Made by a program: the position numbers and the translations under genes. The notes below the pieces were generated by a model. The model saw nothing but the letters and a program-made list of their open reading frames with translations, had not been told where the DNA came from and ran no database searches. From positions 992 to 64,991 of the forward strand of contig CAWHWB010000014.1 in assembly GCA_963832875.1 (NCBI GenBank): 64,000 nt of DNA, given 5' to 3'. Position 1 is the stretch's first letter. Each line of letters opens with the position of its first letter. Of the stretch, positions 62,050-64,000 are shown piece by piece. Origin of the DNA: an uncultured Alphaproteobacteria bacterium (GTDB taxonomy: Bacteria; Pseudomonadota; Alphaproteobacteria; ATCC43930; CGMCC-115725).

Positions 62050-64000
62050 ATGGCCAACCCGCTGAAGACACTTAATGAGTACGGGCAGTCGGTGTGGCTC
62101 GACTTTGTCAGCCGCGAGCTGTTAAAGACGGGACAGCTAACGCATCTGATCGCCGATGACGGGTTGCGTGGGGTCACCTCGAACCCGTCGATCTTTGAAA
62201 AGGCGATCGGGCACGGCGACGATTACGACGAGCTGATCGCCGCGGCGCAAAAGAACGGCGATCTCGACCCTGGCGCGCTGTTCGAGGAGCTTGCGGTCCG
62301 CGACATCCAGGAAGGGGCCGACGCGCTGCGCCCGGTCTATCATCAGACCCAGGGACGCGACGGTTTTATCAGCCTCGAAGTTTCGCCCTATCTGGCGATG
62401 AAGACGCACGAGACGATCGAGGAGGCGCGTCGCCTGTGGCGCGAGGTCGGACGCGAGAATCTGATGGTCAAGGTGCCCGGCACCAAGGCCGGGCTGCCGG
62501 CGATCCGCACCCTGATCGGCGAGGGCATCAACATCAACGTCACTCTTTTATTCTCGCAAGAGGTCTATGCCGAGGTCGCCGAGGCTTATATCTCGGGGCT
62601 CGAGGCCCTTGCGAAAAAAGGCGGCGACCCGCACAAGGTCGCGAGCGTCGCCAGTTTCTTTGTGAGCCGCATCGATACCCTCGTCGACGAGGCACTCGAC
62701 AAGCGCATCGATGCGACCGCCGATGCCACAAATAAAACGCGATTGGAGCGGCTGAAGGGCAAGGTCGCGATCGCCAACGCCAAGCTCGCCTATCAGCTCT
62801 ACAACAAGATCTACAGCGACGAGCGCTGGCAGAGATTGGCGCAGCAAGGGGCGCAATCGCAGCGGCTCTTATGGGCCAGCACCGGGACCAAGAACAAGGC
62901 CTACAGCGACGTGCTCTATGTCGACGAGCTGATCGGCGCCGACACGGTCAACACGATGCCACCGGCAACGATGGACGCCTACCGTGACCACGGCCGGCCG
63001 CGCTCGAGCCTTGTCGAGGATATCGAGAGTGCGCGGGCGGTCATGGCGGCCTTGCCAGGCGCCGGGATTTCGATCGAGGCGGTGACCGCCAAGCTGGTCG
63101 AGGACGGCGTGCGCCAGTTTGCCGACGCGGCCGACCAGCTCTATGCCGCGGTCCAGAAAAAGCGCCGCACGGTGTTGGGGCCGAAGCTCGATGCGATGTC
63201 GCATAAGCTTCCCGCCGCGCTGGACAAAGAAGTCGCCGAGGTCCTGGAGGATTGGCGCCGCGAGGGCAAGGTCCGGCGGCTGTGGGCCGGCGACGCCTCG
63301 CTGTGGACCGAAACCGATGAAGCGAAATGGGTCGGCTGGCTCGGGGTCGTCGACCAGCAGCTGGCGGCGGCGGCACACCTGCAGGATTTCGCCGCGGACA
63401 TCAAAGCCGCGGGCTTTCGCCATGTGCTGCTGCTCGGGATGGGCGGGTCGAGCCTTGGCCCCGAGGTGTTCGCTCGAACTTTCGGGACAAAGGCCGGCTT
63501 TCCGGCATTGCACGTGCTCGATTCGACCGATCCGGCTCAGATCCGTCGCTTCGAGGGCCTGATCGATCCGGCCCATACCCTCTTCATCGTGTCAAGCAAG
63601 TCCGGCAGCACGCTCGAGCCCAACATCTTCAAGCAGTATTTTTTCGAGCGGGCAAAACAGGCGGTTGGCGGCGCGGAGGCGGCAAAGCGCTTTGTTGCGA
63701 TCACCGATCCCGGCTCCTCGCTCGAGAAGGGGGCCCGCAACGAGGGTTTCCGCGCCATCTTCCACGGCCTGCCGAGCATCGGCGGCCGCTATTCGGTGTT
63801 GTCGAATTTCGGCATGGTGCCGGCGGCGGCGATTGGGGTCGATCCGCGCGCTTTTCTAGAAAATACTGCAGAGATGGTGCGCTCGTGCGCGCCCAGCGCA
63901 CCGCCGGTTGAGAACCCCGGCGTGATTCTCGGCGCGATCCTCGGCGTCTGCCAGCGCCACGGTCGCGACAAGGCGACGATCATTGCCTCGAAGGGCATCG
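62050..64000 (+). CDS. Bifunctional transaldolase / glucose-6-phosphate isomerase (partial, continues past the window)
   Basis: My own translation from ATG 62050 is stop-free through the last complete codon (63997-63999). The transaldolase part reads GQSVWLDFVSRELL, GVTSNPSIFEKAI, LMVKVPGT and VASFFVSRID. The PGI part starts after ~370 codons with LLLGMGGSSLGPEV, FIVSSKSGSTLEP and IGGRYSVLSNFG. It is absent from the ORF track because no stop lies within the window. Confidence 0.9.
   Translation, partial: MANPLKTLNEYGQSVWLDFVSRELLKTGQLTHLIADDGLRGVTSNPSIFEKAIGHGDDYDELIAAAQKNGDLDPGALFEELAVRDIQEGADALRPVYHQTQGRDGFISLEVSPYLAMKTHETIEEARRLWREVGRENLMVKVPGTKAGLPAIRTLIGEGININVTLLFSQEVYAEVAEAYISGLEALAKKGGDPHKVASVASFFVSRIDTLVDEALDKRIDATADATNKTRLERLKGKVAIANAKLAYQLYNKIYSDERWQRLAQQGAQSQRLLWASTGTKNKAYSDVLYVDELIGADTVNTMPPATMDAYRDHGRPRSSLVEDIESARAVMAALPGAGISIEAVTAKLVEDGVRQFADAADQLYAAVQKKRRTVLGPKLDAMSHKLPAALDKEVAEVLEDWRREGKVRRLWAGDASLWTETDEAKWVGWLGVVDQQLAAAAHLQDFAADIKAAGFRHVLLLGMGGSSLGPEVFARTFGTKAGFPALHVLDSTDPAQIRRFEGLIDPAHTLFIVSSKSGSTLEPNIFKQYFFERAKQAVGGAEAAKRFVAITDPGSSLEKGARNEGFRAIFHGLPSIGGRYSVLSNFGMVPAAAIGVDPRAFLENTAEMVRSCAPSAPPVENPGVILGAILGVCQRHGRDKATIIASKGI

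Overview
GC-rich chromosomal segment whose gene content looks alphaproteobacterial, probably Hyphomicrobiales-like (GcrA-family protein, Bpt, TamA/TamB, PF04392-type binding proteins). This placement is inference only. About 45 protein genes look intact. They include rplM-rpsI, rpmB, rpsD, pepN, glpK, typA, gntK-tkt and a bifunctional transaldolase/phosphoglucose isomerase. That last ORF runs off the right edge, so it is missing from the supplied ORF track. Also intact are two K+ channels, a KamA-like radical SAM aminomutase, a VapBC pair, and a module of two binding proteins, a histidine kinase and a receiver-adenylate cyclase. I found no rRNA, tRNA or CRISPR array. The left end is a nest of two dead IS elements, and 6.5-8.5 kb holds fragments of four unrelated genes. 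The most striking property is gene decay. glgX has three frame breaks, tamB two, and the receiver-cyclase and a double hot-dog thioesterase one each. There are also HicB and IS110 remnants. All seven frame breaks lie between 37 and 52 kb, so a locally poor assembly is the competing explanation. I did not find a convincing new multi-gene system such as a defence island. The best follow-up candidates are the broken tamB next to intact tamA, the binding-protein/kinase/cyclase module, and the kamA gene overlapping an RCK-pore-RCK K+ channel. Many long ORFs in the track are antisense shadow ORFs typical of GC-rich DNA and were not called.
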